Shown: one piece after another, positions 1 to 11,000 of the stretch | How positions within the stretch are numbered: the first letter of the stretch is position 1 | Layout of the letters: each line of letters opens with the position of its first letter | The notes under the pieces: generated by a model | What the model was told of the DNA's origin: nothing | Database searches by the model: none | The model's input: only the letters and a program-made list of their open reading frames with translations | Made by a program: the position numbers and the translations under genes | IMG/VR virus record: IMGVR_UViG_3300028603_000021 | Span: 126,019-190,018 of that record | Source of the DNA: a virus | Lineage: Duplodnaviria; Caudoviricetes | Length of the DNA stretch: 64,000 nt | Reading direction: 5' to 3' (one strand)

Positions 1-788
1 CGTGAGGTTACAAGCTCGCTTTCTCCGTATGCAGAGATGTAGCTCTGTGCATCGGCTCCCAGGAGGCCAGCAGCACGTTCAGTCTGGCTGGTACGTGCGA
101 TCTGGTAGAAGCTCTGCTGTAGGTTGATCTTGTCAACAGGTGACATGAAGACTACATCAGGACGAGCCATGCCTTGTGTCTGGTAGACTTTGTTCTCTGC
201 AACCCAGAGGGCAGCAAGAGAAAGAGGAGCACCCTTGAGGTCAAGGATATTCTGTGGCGCACCGCGCTTGACCATCGTAGGAACACCATCGAACTGAAGG
301 TTTCCGGGGGAGTCGAACTCGGTCGAGCCGAAGGCGCGGTTCCCGTGGAACATCATCCATTCGGTTTCTTCCATCACGGCTACCATCTTCTCGTTGCGTG
401 CAGTCTGCTCAGCAGTCTGGATACCTTCGCGGGTAGTAGCAACGGCAAGCTCTGTGATGGTGATGCGGTGACCGATCAGGCTCGGGCGGGTACGACGACG
501 AACTACGTCAGCGTCGATAGTACGGGGAATACCGCCGTCCTTGTACGCACCGTAGCCGATCTTGTCGTGACGTGAGGTCACGAGGCTGTACTCGTGCTCT
601 AGAGCAGTTGCCTGTACCTTAGTAAGGCGCTCGTAGAACGGAGTTTCCAAGATGTTAAGGCGGGCAAGCTCGCCTTCAAGATCCTGTCTTTCGAGGCCTT
701 GTGCAACCTGGCTGGTGCCGTCGATTGCCTTGAGGACATCTGGGTGCAGGTGCTCTAGGTATTTCATGTGTTCTGGGTAGTATGACAT
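1..788 (-). CDS. Major capsid protein, N-terminal part (runs off the window)
   Basis: Not in the ORF track. Manual translation: MSYYPEHMKYLEHLHPDVLKAIDGTSQVAQGLERQDLEGELARLNILETPFYERL...EWMMFHGN...LQFDGV. Resembles SPO1/Twort-type MCPs, lies directly downstream of the prohead protease, GGAGGA RBS at 802-807. Confidence 0.85.
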   Translation of the reverse strand, partial: MSYYPEHMKYLEHLHPDVLKAIDGTSQVAQGLERQDLEGELARLNILETPFYERLTKVQATALEHEYSLVTSRHDKIGYGAYKDGGIPRTIDADVVRRRTRPSLIGHRITITELAVATTREGIQTAEQTARNEKMVAVMEETEWMMFHGNRAFGSTEFDSPGNLQFDGVPTMVKRGAPQNILDLKGAPLSLAALWVAENKVYQTQGMARPDVVFMSPVDKINLQQSFYQIARTSQTERAAGLLGADAQSYISAYGESELVTS

Positions 789-820
789 ATCTTACTTATA
801 TCCTCCTGGGGAATATGATA

Positions 821-2464
821 TCAAAGGTTGTTGTTCTCGTACTTGTTAACGTACTGATAGAACTTTGGTTGACTGATGCCTAGTAAATTCTCTGCCTTGC
901 TGAGAACTCGTCCCCTCTTCTGTGAATGTGCTTGCGAGTATCCCTTGATTGCTACATACTCTGAGATAAACGACTTAAGTGTATCCAACTGTTCGGGGTT
1001 AAGTTCACCTTCTTTAGAGTTTACCACACTTTTTTGAACAATTTCTGAAGTAGTCTCTGTACTACTGTCAACAGCTACTCCAGGCTTGACAACACGTGGT
1101 TCTGGACTCTTATTAACAACTGACTTAACTACCGTAGTTTCGTTGGTCAGTTTGTTTATGATCTTAGCTACAACACGGTCTTCCCAGCCTTCTAGGATTC
1201 CCTTTATAGCCGCGCCAAACTTTTCAGTTGACTCGTCAGAAAGCTCAACGACTGAAGACTTGATAACAGGAGGAGTTTCAGAAACCTGAGATTCACCTGG
1301 TACTTCGTCAGTAAGTTCGTCTTCTGTGCCGAACACTTCTTGTCCACCACCCCCGTCAACGATAGTCTGTAGGGCGTCTAGGATGCTGTCAAGCTTGTCT
1401 AGGATCATAGACTGGGCTTCGTCTTCCTGTTGCTCTCCGCCAGAGTCGTCTCCAACCAGTGAGTCGAGAAGGTTATCGACTGCTTCGTCGCCTTCGTCGC
1501 CCATGGCGTCTTCCATGGGGTCGCCAAGACCTTCTACGTCTGAGTCCATGTCAGCAGCATCACCGGCAAGGTCGCCAGCGTCTGCGCCTAGCTCCGCTTC
1601 GTCTGACTGAAGCTCGCTTTCATCGGCTTGAAGCTCACCCTCATCCGCCCCAACGAGGGTGTCCTCGTCAAGCTCTGGGGTTGCTTTCAGCACTTTCTTT
1701 TTGTCTGCCATAAGATATTCTATATCCTCCTTGATGTTTATGTAGCTCTCGAACACGTGAACCTTTCCGGAATCTCCATGTACGGTTGACTTGACTACTA
1801 GCTGGTTTTTGTTGCTGTCGAACAGAACACTGTCTGGTACTATCGTGTGATACGCTGTTTCTTGGTCGTCTGCGCTCGTGTCGTTAAGCATGCTCTTCAT
1901 AGCGTATGCCCACGTGCGAGTCTTGGGGTTTACTGGTTCGGGGGTTACTGATACTTCGTAGAGAAGAAGCTCTGGAAGATAGGTTATGTACTTGCCACGT
2001 CCCATATCGTACTCTCTGCGTGGGGTACCTAAGTACTTAGCCCCTATAGAAAGACCCATGGTATCGGAAAAGTTCTGCTCCTTGTTCTGCATGAAGGAGT
2101 TCCATATCATGGGAGACAGCGGGTGAGATTTGTTGAGAGCTGCCTTGATGTACAGACCTTCATCTCTTATCTCTGCATCTAGCGGTCTTCCTATGGGAAG
2201 CTTGAGAGAAAGTATCTGTTCTTGAGTAAAGCCGTGGTCTTTCAGCCAGTCGGCGTTCTTCTGGGCGTACTCGTGGTTGAAGAAAATCTTGCCGTTAGTC
2301 TTGAAGAACTCGATAGAGTTGATAAAGCTATCTGGGTAGACTACCTCACCGTACAAGTCTTCGTCTGCTGTAGAAGCGATACCTTCGAAGATCCAGTCGC
2401 CATCTTCCCCGGCGACAGACTTTACTGCATCTAAGTGTACAAATAAGTTAAAGTTCTTATGCAT
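821..2464 (-). CDS. Prohead protease (HK97-type) with acidic scaffold-like C-terminus
   Basis: FEGIAST..DLYGEVV, IFFNH, GLSIG, LYEVSVTPEPVNP motifs; long D/E-rich tail; upstream of the MCP. Confidence 0.85.
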   Translation of the reverse strand: MHKNFNLFVHLDAVKSVAGEDGDWIFEGIASTADEDLYGEVVYPDSFINSIEFFKTNGKIFFNHEYAQKNADWLKDHGFTQEQILSLKLPIGRPLDAEIRDEGLYIKAALNKSHPLSPMIWNSFMQNKEQNFSDTMGLSIGAKYLGTPRREYDMGRGKYITYLPELLLYEVSVTPEPVNPKTRTWAYAMKSMLNDTSADDQETAYHTIVPDSVLFDSNKNQLVVKSTVHGDSGKVHVFESYINIKEDIEYLMADKKKVLKATPELDEDTLVGADEGELQADESELQSDEAELGADAGDLAGDAADMDSDVEGLGDPMEDAMGDEGDEAVDNLLDSLVGDDSGGEQQEDEAQSMILDKLDSILDALQTIVDGGGGQEVFGTEDELTDEVPGESQVSETPPVIKSSVVELSDESTEKFGAAIKGILEGWEDRVVAKIINKLTNETTVVKSVVNKSPEPRVVKPGVAVDSSTETTSEIVQKSVVNSKEGELNPEQLDTLKSFISEYVAIKGYSQAHSQKRGRVLSKAENLLGISQPKFYQYVNKYENNNL

Positions 2465-2566
2465 AGTAGCCTATGTCTTCTCCAGTAACGTTCTGCACCA
2501 TCATATCAAGTATGTTGGGAACATTGCAATCGAATAGTATGATTATACGGTATGGTTTGAGGATAA

Positions 2567-5500
2567 TCAAAGACCAGGTACATAGTTCCAGGCGCTTCTA
2601 GTAGTGTCTATGCGTACTGACTTCTTAGTTTTCTTGGCCTGGTTTTCTTTCATGTTATCCCACAGAGTACCAAACATCTCTGCTTTGGTTTCCGGGTCGA
2701 GCACCCCGTCGTCGTTGAAGCTGTACCTGTAGCCTTTAACTGGGTTACCGTCTGCATCGTACAGAACCATCATCGACTCGCCGTCAGGGTCTCCCTCGAC
2801 TAGGTTCTTCTTTCCTCCTAGCTCGTCAATCTGTGACCGATAGGTGCCAGCTGTAGTTCTGTACCCAGAAGAATGTTTGAAGCCTGGATTTTCTGGGTCG
2901 TCTGAGAGCGAAAAACCATAGGCATTTTCCTTCGTGTCGGTATCGTCTCCGTGTGTTACTTCTTCTTCTTCTTCTTCTGGTTCTCCTACACCAAGCTCTT
3001 CACCTATGTTCGCCTGGTCTACAAGCTCTGCCTCTTCGCGGAGGTCATCTATGTCGTCTTTTTCTTTCTTGCCTGTGGACTCTTTCCTCTTGACTACCTT
3101 CTCGTCAGATAAGGCACTTTCATCCTTCTCTTTCTCGCTGCGCAGCGCTGCTAAGTCTTCTTCTCTCTTCTTCTTGGCCGGAGACATCTTAGTCAACCCT
3201 TTTGCGCCAAACATAGCTCTCAGATCGTTAGATGTGAAACCTGTCTTCTTCTTAGCGTTGAACTTAGACTCCTCGCCAAGAGGTGTTATGGACAAGGCTC
3301 CATCCTTGCCAACTTTAACCCCAACCGAGTAGTCAGCGTCTCCTGGCTTCTGAAGAACCAAGTCGTAGCCCTCTACGTCTGGAGCCGGAACAGTCAAACC
3401 CTTAACCTCGTTAAGTGCAGATAGTGTCTTTCTACCCTCTGGGTTGAGTTTGTTAGCTGGTATCCTAGTGGCTATGGAGGCCTTACTTCTAGCTGGCGGT
3501 GCTATGTCTTCTTTAGGCTCTGGGGCGGGTTTAGTTGCAGCTGGTTTAGTCGCAGCTGGCTTAGGCGTAGCTGGCTTAGTGGGAGCAGCTGGTTTGGGTG
3601 TAGCTGGCTTTGGAGTTTTGGCTTTGGACTCCTTCTGCTCATCGTTCCAGAATTCCATGAATTCTTGCAAAGACTGTGCCGCTTGAGCGCCAGTACGTTC
3701 GCTCCTTACCGCCTCATCCCTAGACCTCTGCTCAGGAGGAATGTACGAAGGCATAGCCCACTCTGTGAGCTTTATATCTCCATCGTCGATAGACAGATCG
3801 AAGATATCTCCGTTATCTCGGTAGAAAGAGATAGTATCACCTGACACTCTGACATCCCCAAGGTCTTTGTACTTAGACATCTCTTTAACAACCTTGTCGT
3901 AACGAGTCTTAGCAGCCCCCTCTAAGGCGCTACCGGCCTTCCCGAACTCAGTATTACCGACTTCTTCCACTATCTTCTTCGGAGAAAGTTTCTTCTGTGG
4001 TGCTTCAGCGGGGGCTGGCTTAGCGGGGGCTGGCTTAGCGGGGGCTGGCTTCTCTGGCACAGTTGTAGATGTTGCTTCGCTGACCTCTGATGGCTGCTCT
4101 GCTGGTACGGTATCTCCAATCCCAGTGAATGGCTCTGCTTTCGGTGGCTCCCCTAGCAGTTTTGTAACCGCCTCTGGTGTTATGTTCTTTTCGTGCATGA
4201 CACGAAGAGTTTTACCGGATGGTATATCTGACACCTGTAGGCTAGTACCGCCGTTGCTGGTGTTAAGCCTTACCCTCTTGTCCCCTATGGTAGCCTCAAA
4301 CCCGTTAGGAAATGTTCTGGTGTCTTTGACTGGATACTGTCTCAAGGTGTCTACTGTGTTATTTACTGTCTCTCCGTACGGCTTCTTGCTCAGTGTCTTC
4401 ACCATACCAGCGGGGATAGCTACGTGTTCTAGCTTACCCTCTTTAGAACGTTTGTTTCTGTTGACCTTAGGCTGCTTGGTAGCAGCTCCGCCTGGTTCAC
4501 TAGGAGCTGGTTTCGGTGTCTCGGTTGGTTTCTTAACCTTACGCTCTTCTTCAGTCTGTATAGGTATAGATTCTCCGGTGTTAAGATCAAAGATTGCTAG
4601 CTGTCCGTTTTCCTTAGCAATCCTCTTGGCTTCATCCAGGTCTTGCACGTTCTGGGAGACATCCAGATAATAGTTACCGTCTTTGTCGTTGTACCACGCC
4701 CCAAGGTAATCAGTGGGTAGCGTAGAGGCGTCAACGTGAGACTTCATGTACTCCCTTAGCTTCTCTGGAGTAAGCTCTGCCTCTGGAACTGTGACCTCCT
4801 TTCCTGCGTGAGAAACCATGAACCCAGTCTTAGCAGACTCTTGACCAGCGAACATAGGGATAGATCCACCACGCTCTCCCTTCTCGTTGGGGGTGGTTAT
4901 GTCCTTGTAGGCAGACTCATAGCTAGAGTCATCCCACTCTGGGGCTTTCCCCTCTACGTATCCGGACTTAACGGGTGTTGGTGGTTCTTCTGGTGTCGGT
5001 GGTTCTTCTGGTTCCGGCTGGAACAACCCTTCCTGAACAGGGGTGTTAAGTTTAGTTAGAGCTTTATCTCTCTTCTTACGCCCGGTTTCCCCTGTTAGCC
5101 TTCCCCCTAACCCGGTAGTAGGTTCTGCCCTTACCGGAGCCTCCTCTGCGGTGGGTTCTTCCGCAGCAGTATCTTCCACGGGCTCAGCAGGTTCCTCTCC
5201 AGCTGGTTCTTCCTCTTCAGCGGGTTCTTCCACAGCTGGTTCTTCCTCGGTTGCTTCTCCCTCTTCAGAGGGTTCCTCTGCGTCAGGTATCTCGTCGTCG
5301 TCAGAGATAAGGTCTGCCTCGTTCTGGGTTTCCACACGCTCACGCACGGCGTCTTTTACTCTGTCAGAAACAGTCTCAGCTGGTTCGTACACAGCAGGAG
5401 AATTTTCGTTGGCACCGAGGGCTCTCAGGCTTTCAACTGCCTTATCTACTGCCTCGTCGCCCTCAAACCTGGTCTTGTTGACGCTGTAGATATCTGCACC

Positions 5501-7798
5501 CAAAGACACTTCGCTGACAGAGAAACGCCCATCATCAGCAGATATATAGAGTATGTCCTTACCGTCGTTGCTCGTTACAACTATAGAGTTCGAGTAAGTA
5601 ACCCCGTCGTTACCGTTCATAAACACGCTCACGTCGTCTGGTGTATCGTCGAACAGGGACTTAGCATACGCAGCTACCGTATCAAACCTTTCCTTGTCAC
5701 CCAAAGTAAGTTTCTTGAGAGCAGATCCCATGGTTTGACCTAAAACCTCAGAGAATGCAGAGTCTTGCGGGTCTGGGTTCTCATCTGCTTCCTTACGTTT
5801 TTCTTGTGCGGCCTTCATATCTCCCCACAAGAGAGCGTGCGCCTTGTTCAAGCTGTCTGGGTCATCTATGTTGTATGTAGCCGCGCTTATCGGCGTGCCG
5901 CTGCTGTCTCTGAGTATCTTTACCCGAGTGTCTTCGTCGTGGGGAACGACGTTATGGATAAGACCTTCATCTAACACGCTCAGAGCATCACCATACGTGT
6001 TAGACACTATATCGTAACCGGAAGCGTGCTGTCTAGCGTTTTCGTCCGTGATGGTAGAGAACCCGTAGTTGTTTTCTTCGTTATCTTGGAAGTCCCCCGC
6101 CGTTTCATCTACTTCAGGTGTAGCTATCGGCTCTCGTGTTTGTTCTCTAGCAGAATACAACCTAGGATCGTTTATCTGAAGCTCGCTGTTGGTGAACATC
6201 TTGTCGCTGACATCATCACCCTTAGCGGTGAGTATCATCATCTGCTGTAGTTGAGCAGATGTCGGGTCTGTCTGGGAGGTATATCTGTTATCATGTTGAC
6301 CAGAGGTAACGTCACCTTTAACCTCTAAAGCTCGGAGGCCGTCGATCTCACCTTGGTAAAACGCGATCTGCTTCATCGTTTCTGCTGCTTCGTGAGCAGA
6401 CAAGTCACTCTTCGACAAGGCTCGTTCCGCAACAGTCACCATTTGGTCATACAAGTCCCTTGTGCTTAACCACCGTCTATCTGGGCGGTTATACACAGCT
6501 TTCCAACCCTCTCGGTGTAAACTATCGAGGTTTTCTCTGCCAGAGAGTTTGTCTCCAGGGTCGTTGAACCTTTCCAACATCCCAAGACCCTCACTCATAA
6601 GCTCAGGGCTAGCAGTCATAACTCTGTTGAGGAGGTGCCTTGACGCCTTCTTGCTGTTGGAATCAAACTTGGGGGCGTATGCACCACTTTTGTCAAACAG
6701 CGTACTGCGGATCTTCTTTTCTTCCACCTTGCTGAACTTATCAGGTAACTCCGCAGGCGGCTCTCCACCAACTACAGCGTCTAGCGGTATCTCTTCCGGG
6801 GATTCCATCATAGACGGGGTTGTAGCAGGCTCACGCTCAGCAAAGCTCCTCTGCATAGCACCCTTTACGCGGTCGAAAAACTTGTTAAGCCTTTCAGCGT
6901 TTTCTCCACCGGCCTCTAGGTTAGCCTCTAGGCTGTCTATCGCGTGGTCTAACCCCATGTACAGTCCACTCAGACCGCCAGAGAAATCTTTACGGTACCT
7001 GTCTAAGTGGGTTCGGCGCGAAGCAGCATCTTTTTTCTCTTCACGCAGCGCATCCTCTAGAGTAACGCCGCTCAGGTCTTCGCCCTCTTTAGTTCTGTCT
7101 AGCATGCGCATGAGAACGATATCTAACCCCTTGAGCACAGGCCAGGTCTTCGAGTCCTTCGAAACCTTCTCGTCTGAGGTGATAGACGCAAGCATATCTC
7201 CCCAGCCCTTGTCCTCTTCCTGCTCTAGATCTTTAGGCTCAGGAAGCTCACCAGTCTCAGGGTCTCTCATAGCCTCTAGACGGGCTTGTTTCTTCTGGTG
7301 TTCTTCTTCTGGGGTTGTTCCTTCTCGCTCTGCAAGGCGTTCAAGAAGTTTCTGGTACACGGCTCTCTTGGCAGCATCGTGACGTGCTTGAAGTTCTTGT
7401 ATGTAAGCTTTCTGCTGCGCTACGTTCTCGTTAAACTGTTCTTGAGACGCTTGTGCCAGGTCTGGGCGACCATCTTGGATGTACCTCTGCCCACGTTCCA
7501 GCTCGTCCTGCACGCCCCACAGGTCATTCTGGTTAGCGGGGTCGATCGGTACGCCTTGGTTAACTAGGTATTCCGCTTGGTCTTCCGGGGTTGTCCTGAT
7601 AGGAACATCTTTGCCGTTTATATGTCTGAAGGTGATGAATTTCCCTTCCTCATCGAGATACATGTCATCCCCAGCCATAACAGCCTTACGCGCTTCACGC
7701 ATCGAAAGGATGTTATCCAGATCTACATCAGTAAAGGTTGACTTATGGCCAACCTCTACCAAGGAGGATGAATCAAGTATGAGGAAAGTATAGTCCAT
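2567..7798 (-). CDS. Very large multidomain putative internal head (polyvalent-type) protein
   Basis: 1743 aa; N-terminal FITFRHINGKDVPI; YYLDVSQ...AKENGQLAIFD domain; duplicated ENxYGFS...SGY domain; P/A/K and E-rich linkers; located in the head operon. Confidence 0.55.
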   Translation of the reverse strand: MDYTFLILDSSSLVEVGHKSTFTDVDLDNILSMREARKAVMAGDDMYLDEEGKFITFRHINGKDVPIRTTPEDQAEYLVNQGVPIDPANQNDLWGVQDELERGQRYIQDGRPDLAQASQEQFNENVAQQKAYIQELQARHDAAKRAVYQKLLERLAEREGTTPEEEHQKKQARLEAMRDPETGELPEPKDLEQEEDKGWGDMLASITSDEKVSKDSKTWPVLKGLDIVLMRMLDRTKEGEDLSGVTLEDALREEKKDAASRRTHLDRYRKDFSGGLSGLYMGLDHAIDSLEANLEAGGENAERLNKFFDRVKGAMQRSFAEREPATTPSMMESPEEIPLDAVVGGEPPAELPDKFSKVEEKKIRSTLFDKSGAYAPKFDSNSKKASRHLLNRVMTASPELMSEGLGMLERFNDPGDKLSGRENLDSLHREGWKAVYNRPDRRWLSTRDLYDQMVTVAERALSKSDLSAHEAAETMKQIAFYQGEIDGLRALEVKGDVTSGQHDNRYTSQTDPTSAQLQQMMILTAKGDDVSDKMFTNSELQINDPRLYSAREQTREPIATPEVDETAGDFQDNEENNYGFSTITDENARQHASGYDIVSNTYGDALSVLDEGLIHNVVPHDEDTRVKILRDSSGTPISAATYNIDDPDSLNKAHALLWGDMKAAQEKRKEADENPDPQDSAFSEVLGQTMGSALKKLTLGDKERFDTVAAYAKSLFDDTPDDVSVFMNGNDGVTYSNSIVVTSNDGKDILYISADDGRFSVSEVSLGADIYSVNKTRFEGDEAVDKAVESLRALGANENSPAVYEPAETVSDRVKDAVRERVETQNEADLISDDDEIPDAEEPSEEGEATEEEPAVEEPAEEEEPAGEEPAEPVEDTAAEEPTAEEAPVRAEPTTGLGGRLTGETGRKKRDKALTKLNTPVQEGLFQPEPEEPPTPEEPPTPVKSGYVEGKAPEWDDSSYESAYKDITTPNEKGERGGSIPMFAGQESAKTGFMVSHAGKEVTVPEAELTPEKLREYMKSHVDASTLPTDYLGAWYNDKDGNYYLDVSQNVQDLDEAKRIAKENGQLAIFDLNTGESIPIQTEEERKVKKPTETPKPAPSEPGGAATKQPKVNRNKRSKEGKLEHVAIPAGMVKTLSKKPYGETVNNTVDTLRQYPVKDTRTFPNGFEATIGDKRVRLNTSNGGTSLQVSDIPSGKTLRVMHEKNITPEAVTKLLGEPPKAEPFTGIGDTVPAEQPSEVSEATSTTVPEKPAPAKPAPAKPAPAEAPQKKLSPKKIVEEVGNTEFGKAGSALEGAAKTRYDKVVKEMSKYKDLGDVRVSGDTISFYRDNGDIFDLSIDDGDIKLTEWAMPSYIPPEQRSRDEAVRSERTGAQAAQSLQEFMEFWNDEQKESKAKTPKPATPKPAAPTKPATPKPAATKPAATKPAPEPKEDIAPPARSKASIATRIPANKLNPEGRKTLSALNEVKGLTVPAPDVEGYDLVLQKPGDADYSVGVKVGKDGALSITPLGEESKFNAKKKTGFTSNDLRAMFGAKGLTKMSPAKKKREEDLAALRSEKEKDESALSDEKVVKRKESTGKKEKDDIDDLREEAELVDQANIGEELGVGEPEEEEEEVTHGDDTDTKENAYGFSLSDDPENPGFKHSSGYRTTAGTYRSQIDELGGKKNLVEGDPDGESMMVLYDADGNPVKGYRYSFNDDGVLDPETKAEMFGTLWDNMKENQAKKTKKSVRIDTTRSAWNYVPGL

Positions 7799-8082
7799 CA
7801 GAGAAATACCATCAGTGCCTTCCTAAGCTGAAGTCCGTACTTTTCGGCGCGGTCAACAATCTCCGTCGCCCACTCCTTGAGAGAGTCATCTTCGATGAGC
7901 CTCCAGTTAGCTTGTATGTAGTAAAAGTCGCGCACTATCTCGAAGTAATCTCTGAACTGCTCGTCATCTGGGTCGTCTTCGGCTTTAGGCATGTGGAACA
8001 ACACTGGTTCAAGGTCTCTCGTGTCTACGAGCATAACCAGAGCACCCATGTTGTCTTCTCTTTCCGTGTTAGGAATTGCCAT
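7798..8082 (-). CDS. Small hypothetical protein
   Basis: Overlaps both neighbours in the operon. Confidence 0.55.
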   Translation of the reverse strand: MAIPNTEREDNMGALVMLVDTRDLEPVLFHMPKAEDDPDDEQFRDYFEIVRDFYYIQANWRLIEDDSLKEWATEIVDRAEKYGLQLRKALMVFL

Positions 8083-11000
8083 TTCTACGTCTCCATTCTT
8101 CGTACAAAGGATTTCTAGTCAAGGTTGGAACATCAAACAGCTTCTTATGAACAACGACTGATTTCTTAGCCCGAGTCTTTGGCTCTGTTTCTCGTGCAGC
8201 AACAGCAGCTGTAGGCTGCGGGGGGCTCTGTCTAACGGGCTTTTTCTTAGCCGCCCGTTTAGCTTGCTCGGCCAGCTGCTTTTCAAGCTTTTCTGCTGCG
8301 GCAATGATCCTGTCGCGCTCCTTGACCGGGCCGTATGCCTTCTCTTTCGCCTGACGCTGCCCCAGCTTAAACTCTTCTTTCTCTTGGGGTGTGAAGTCAG
8401 AGTGCTCTCTCTTAAGCTTATCTGTTTTCTTCGTTCTCAGATAGTCCATCAACCCGTCTACTTCTTCCATAGCCGCGTTTGGACTGATAAGCCCTTCTTC
8501 GCTGTCGTTATCCTTGCTCAGCTCAGCAAGCACTTCTGCTATATCAATCGGCTTACCGTCCTCAACAGCTTTCAAGAATTCTTGTGAACCTATCATGCGG
8601 CTGATGAGAGTCCTGCGTGCCTCTGCTTTTTCTTCAGAAGAGGACTTCATGTACTCTGACGCCCCAGAAGAGAGAACTTCGGTTGATATATGAAGCTGGA
8701 ACGGGTCTCTGTGGAAACGACCACTCATCTGCTCACCAGATGCTGGGTTCCACATCGGAGTCCTGTAGGAAACATCGGCTGGGAGAGAGAAACCGAACTT
8801 AGCCGCAGTAGTAACCAAGGTTATAACGTGCCTGTCTTTCTCTGCTTCGTGGGCTTTTTCTATTGCCCTAGCCTCTTTAGGGGTAGTATCCCCATTGATT
8901 ACCTGCACCAAAACATTGTTACCGTACTTTGCCTTAAGCTCGTCGTGTAGCTTGTCTATAGCAACACGAGAGAATCCCGCGACTCCGATCTTTTTGTTCT
9001 TACCGTTTGGTCTTACGCCGCCACCAAACTCTGATTCTATCGAGGTCTTTATGTAGTCTAGGGCAGGAACATGCCAAGAGCCAACAACATGGTTTAGGTC
9101 GCGCATCACGCGGCTTCCAAAGTGAGGTGTAGAGCTGTGCTTGTTAAGCTCCTCTATAAATATCTCGTCTCGGGTCTTGGTATCCATCCCCATCCTGGGA
9201 AGGCGTACTTCTGACGGGCTACCACCGACAACATGAACCATCTCAGTAGTCCGTCGTAGGTAATCTCCTATCCCCGCTTGGACTGCTTTGATCTCTTCCG
9301 CAGTGTATCCGTATTCTGGGCTGACTAGGCCAGAAATTAGCGAATCGTATCCTATGTCATAATCTAAAAGCCTAGGTGCACTCGTAGCACCGTAGCTCAT
9401 GTTCATGAGGATAGAGACAAACGCCAAGGCACGAGCTTTAACTGTGTCGTTAGCCCTACCGGTTGCTTCCTTGTTGAAGATGTTGAGAAGCTTGGACACA
9501 GCGATGTCGTGCAGTTCTCCCCATGTAGCGCCCATGGGCTGAACTACTGGGTCGGTGTATACCATACCATACTTATCACCAGCAACGTACTTAGAGTCTA
9601 TAGTTGTGATAGCAGACCCTATCCGCCTCACCAGCTTGGCAGGAGAAAAAGCATCTCTCCATACTCTAGGACTATTCCGTTTAGGCCTGATAGTAGGTCT
9701 CATAAGAACCGTGAGCGATTCTCTCAAGCCTTCTTGGTTCTGCCTCACACCTGCATCTATGAACGCTGCTTGTGAGATAGTGTCTGTTGCGCTGTTACCC
9801 ATAGCGTCACCTGTAAGAGTAAGGGTCAGAGCATTGCTCATATACAAGTCGTCAAGTATCTCGTTAAATACTTCACGCCTGTTAGTCCCTACGTTAACAT
9901 ACTGGCCGCTCTCGTCTATCACCATACCACCAACGTGTTTTCCTTCAACTTTGTTACCAGCGTAAGATCCCCCGCGTATCATAAGTTGCAGCATCTTGGC
10001 GTCGATAGCATACTCTCTGTCATCGCTGTTAACCTCCATCCTGTACAGAGAAGCTGGCAGTATAACAGCACCAGGCATTTCCCCCCTGTTAGCCATGTCT
10101 ATGAGCTGCTTCCACTTCTCCAGCCGAGACTGCCGGTCACCAGTTATAACCATCGCAGATTGCTTCGTAAACTTTTTATATTCATCAGCAAAAGAGTCTG
10201 TATTCATCTTCGGAGCAACTACAAACATAGCCTGCTTACCGGGATCTATGAGCATCTTCTTGTCGTCTCGTGGATTTTTCTTCGAAGACATGATTGCATA
10301 CCAAGCACACGACATCAACGTCTTACCTATACCGTAAGAGCCGTGCAAAAACGCACCGTGAACACCCCTAGGCCCGCCACCGATCTCGTATGCTTTCAGG
10401 TCGGTGATCTGCGACAAGACATACCTCTGGTATTCTCTGCCTTTGAAGCTAGCAAATATACGCATACCCGACGGAGGCATCTTGTCGCCTGGGGTGTACA
10501 AGCCCTCTACATGGATAGCAGCCGCTTTCTCTGGAGAGTAAGTTGGTCTCTGGGTTATAGGGGAGGTTACCGTGATGTTACGTAGAGCTTCTCCACGCCC
10601 CGCAGAGATCTCATCACGTTTTGCTTGTTCTTGTGCATCCAGAACAGCTGGGAACGGAGGAACTGGGTCTCTAGGGTTCAGAGAAACCACATCGCCCTTT
10701 TCAACCAAGTCGATAGGGAGTGTGTACCAGTCCTCTTCGTACTCGTCTGGAACTATGACTCTTACCAGACCTTCAGTAGTGCCTTGTATATAAACGGGAT
10801 TCGCTCTTTCGGAGTTAGTTGGGTTTTGCAGGGTTTTTTCTTCGTCAGTGAACGGCCTGCCCTTGGGGTTGGGTACTATGTGCCAATCAGCGTTGACAAA
10901 GTTAGGATAGGCTTTCTTAAGCTCAGCTACAGCCTCGTCGTAGATAGAAGTGTCAAACGCTAACCCGAGCCCTTTAGAAAAGATAACACCAGACATAGGT

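Noticed and set aside
174-575. Plus-strand 133-aa ORF and the many other antisense ORFs over large genes
   Set aside because: Shadows of genuine opposite-strand genes (here the capsid gene); no RBS or recognisable motifs.
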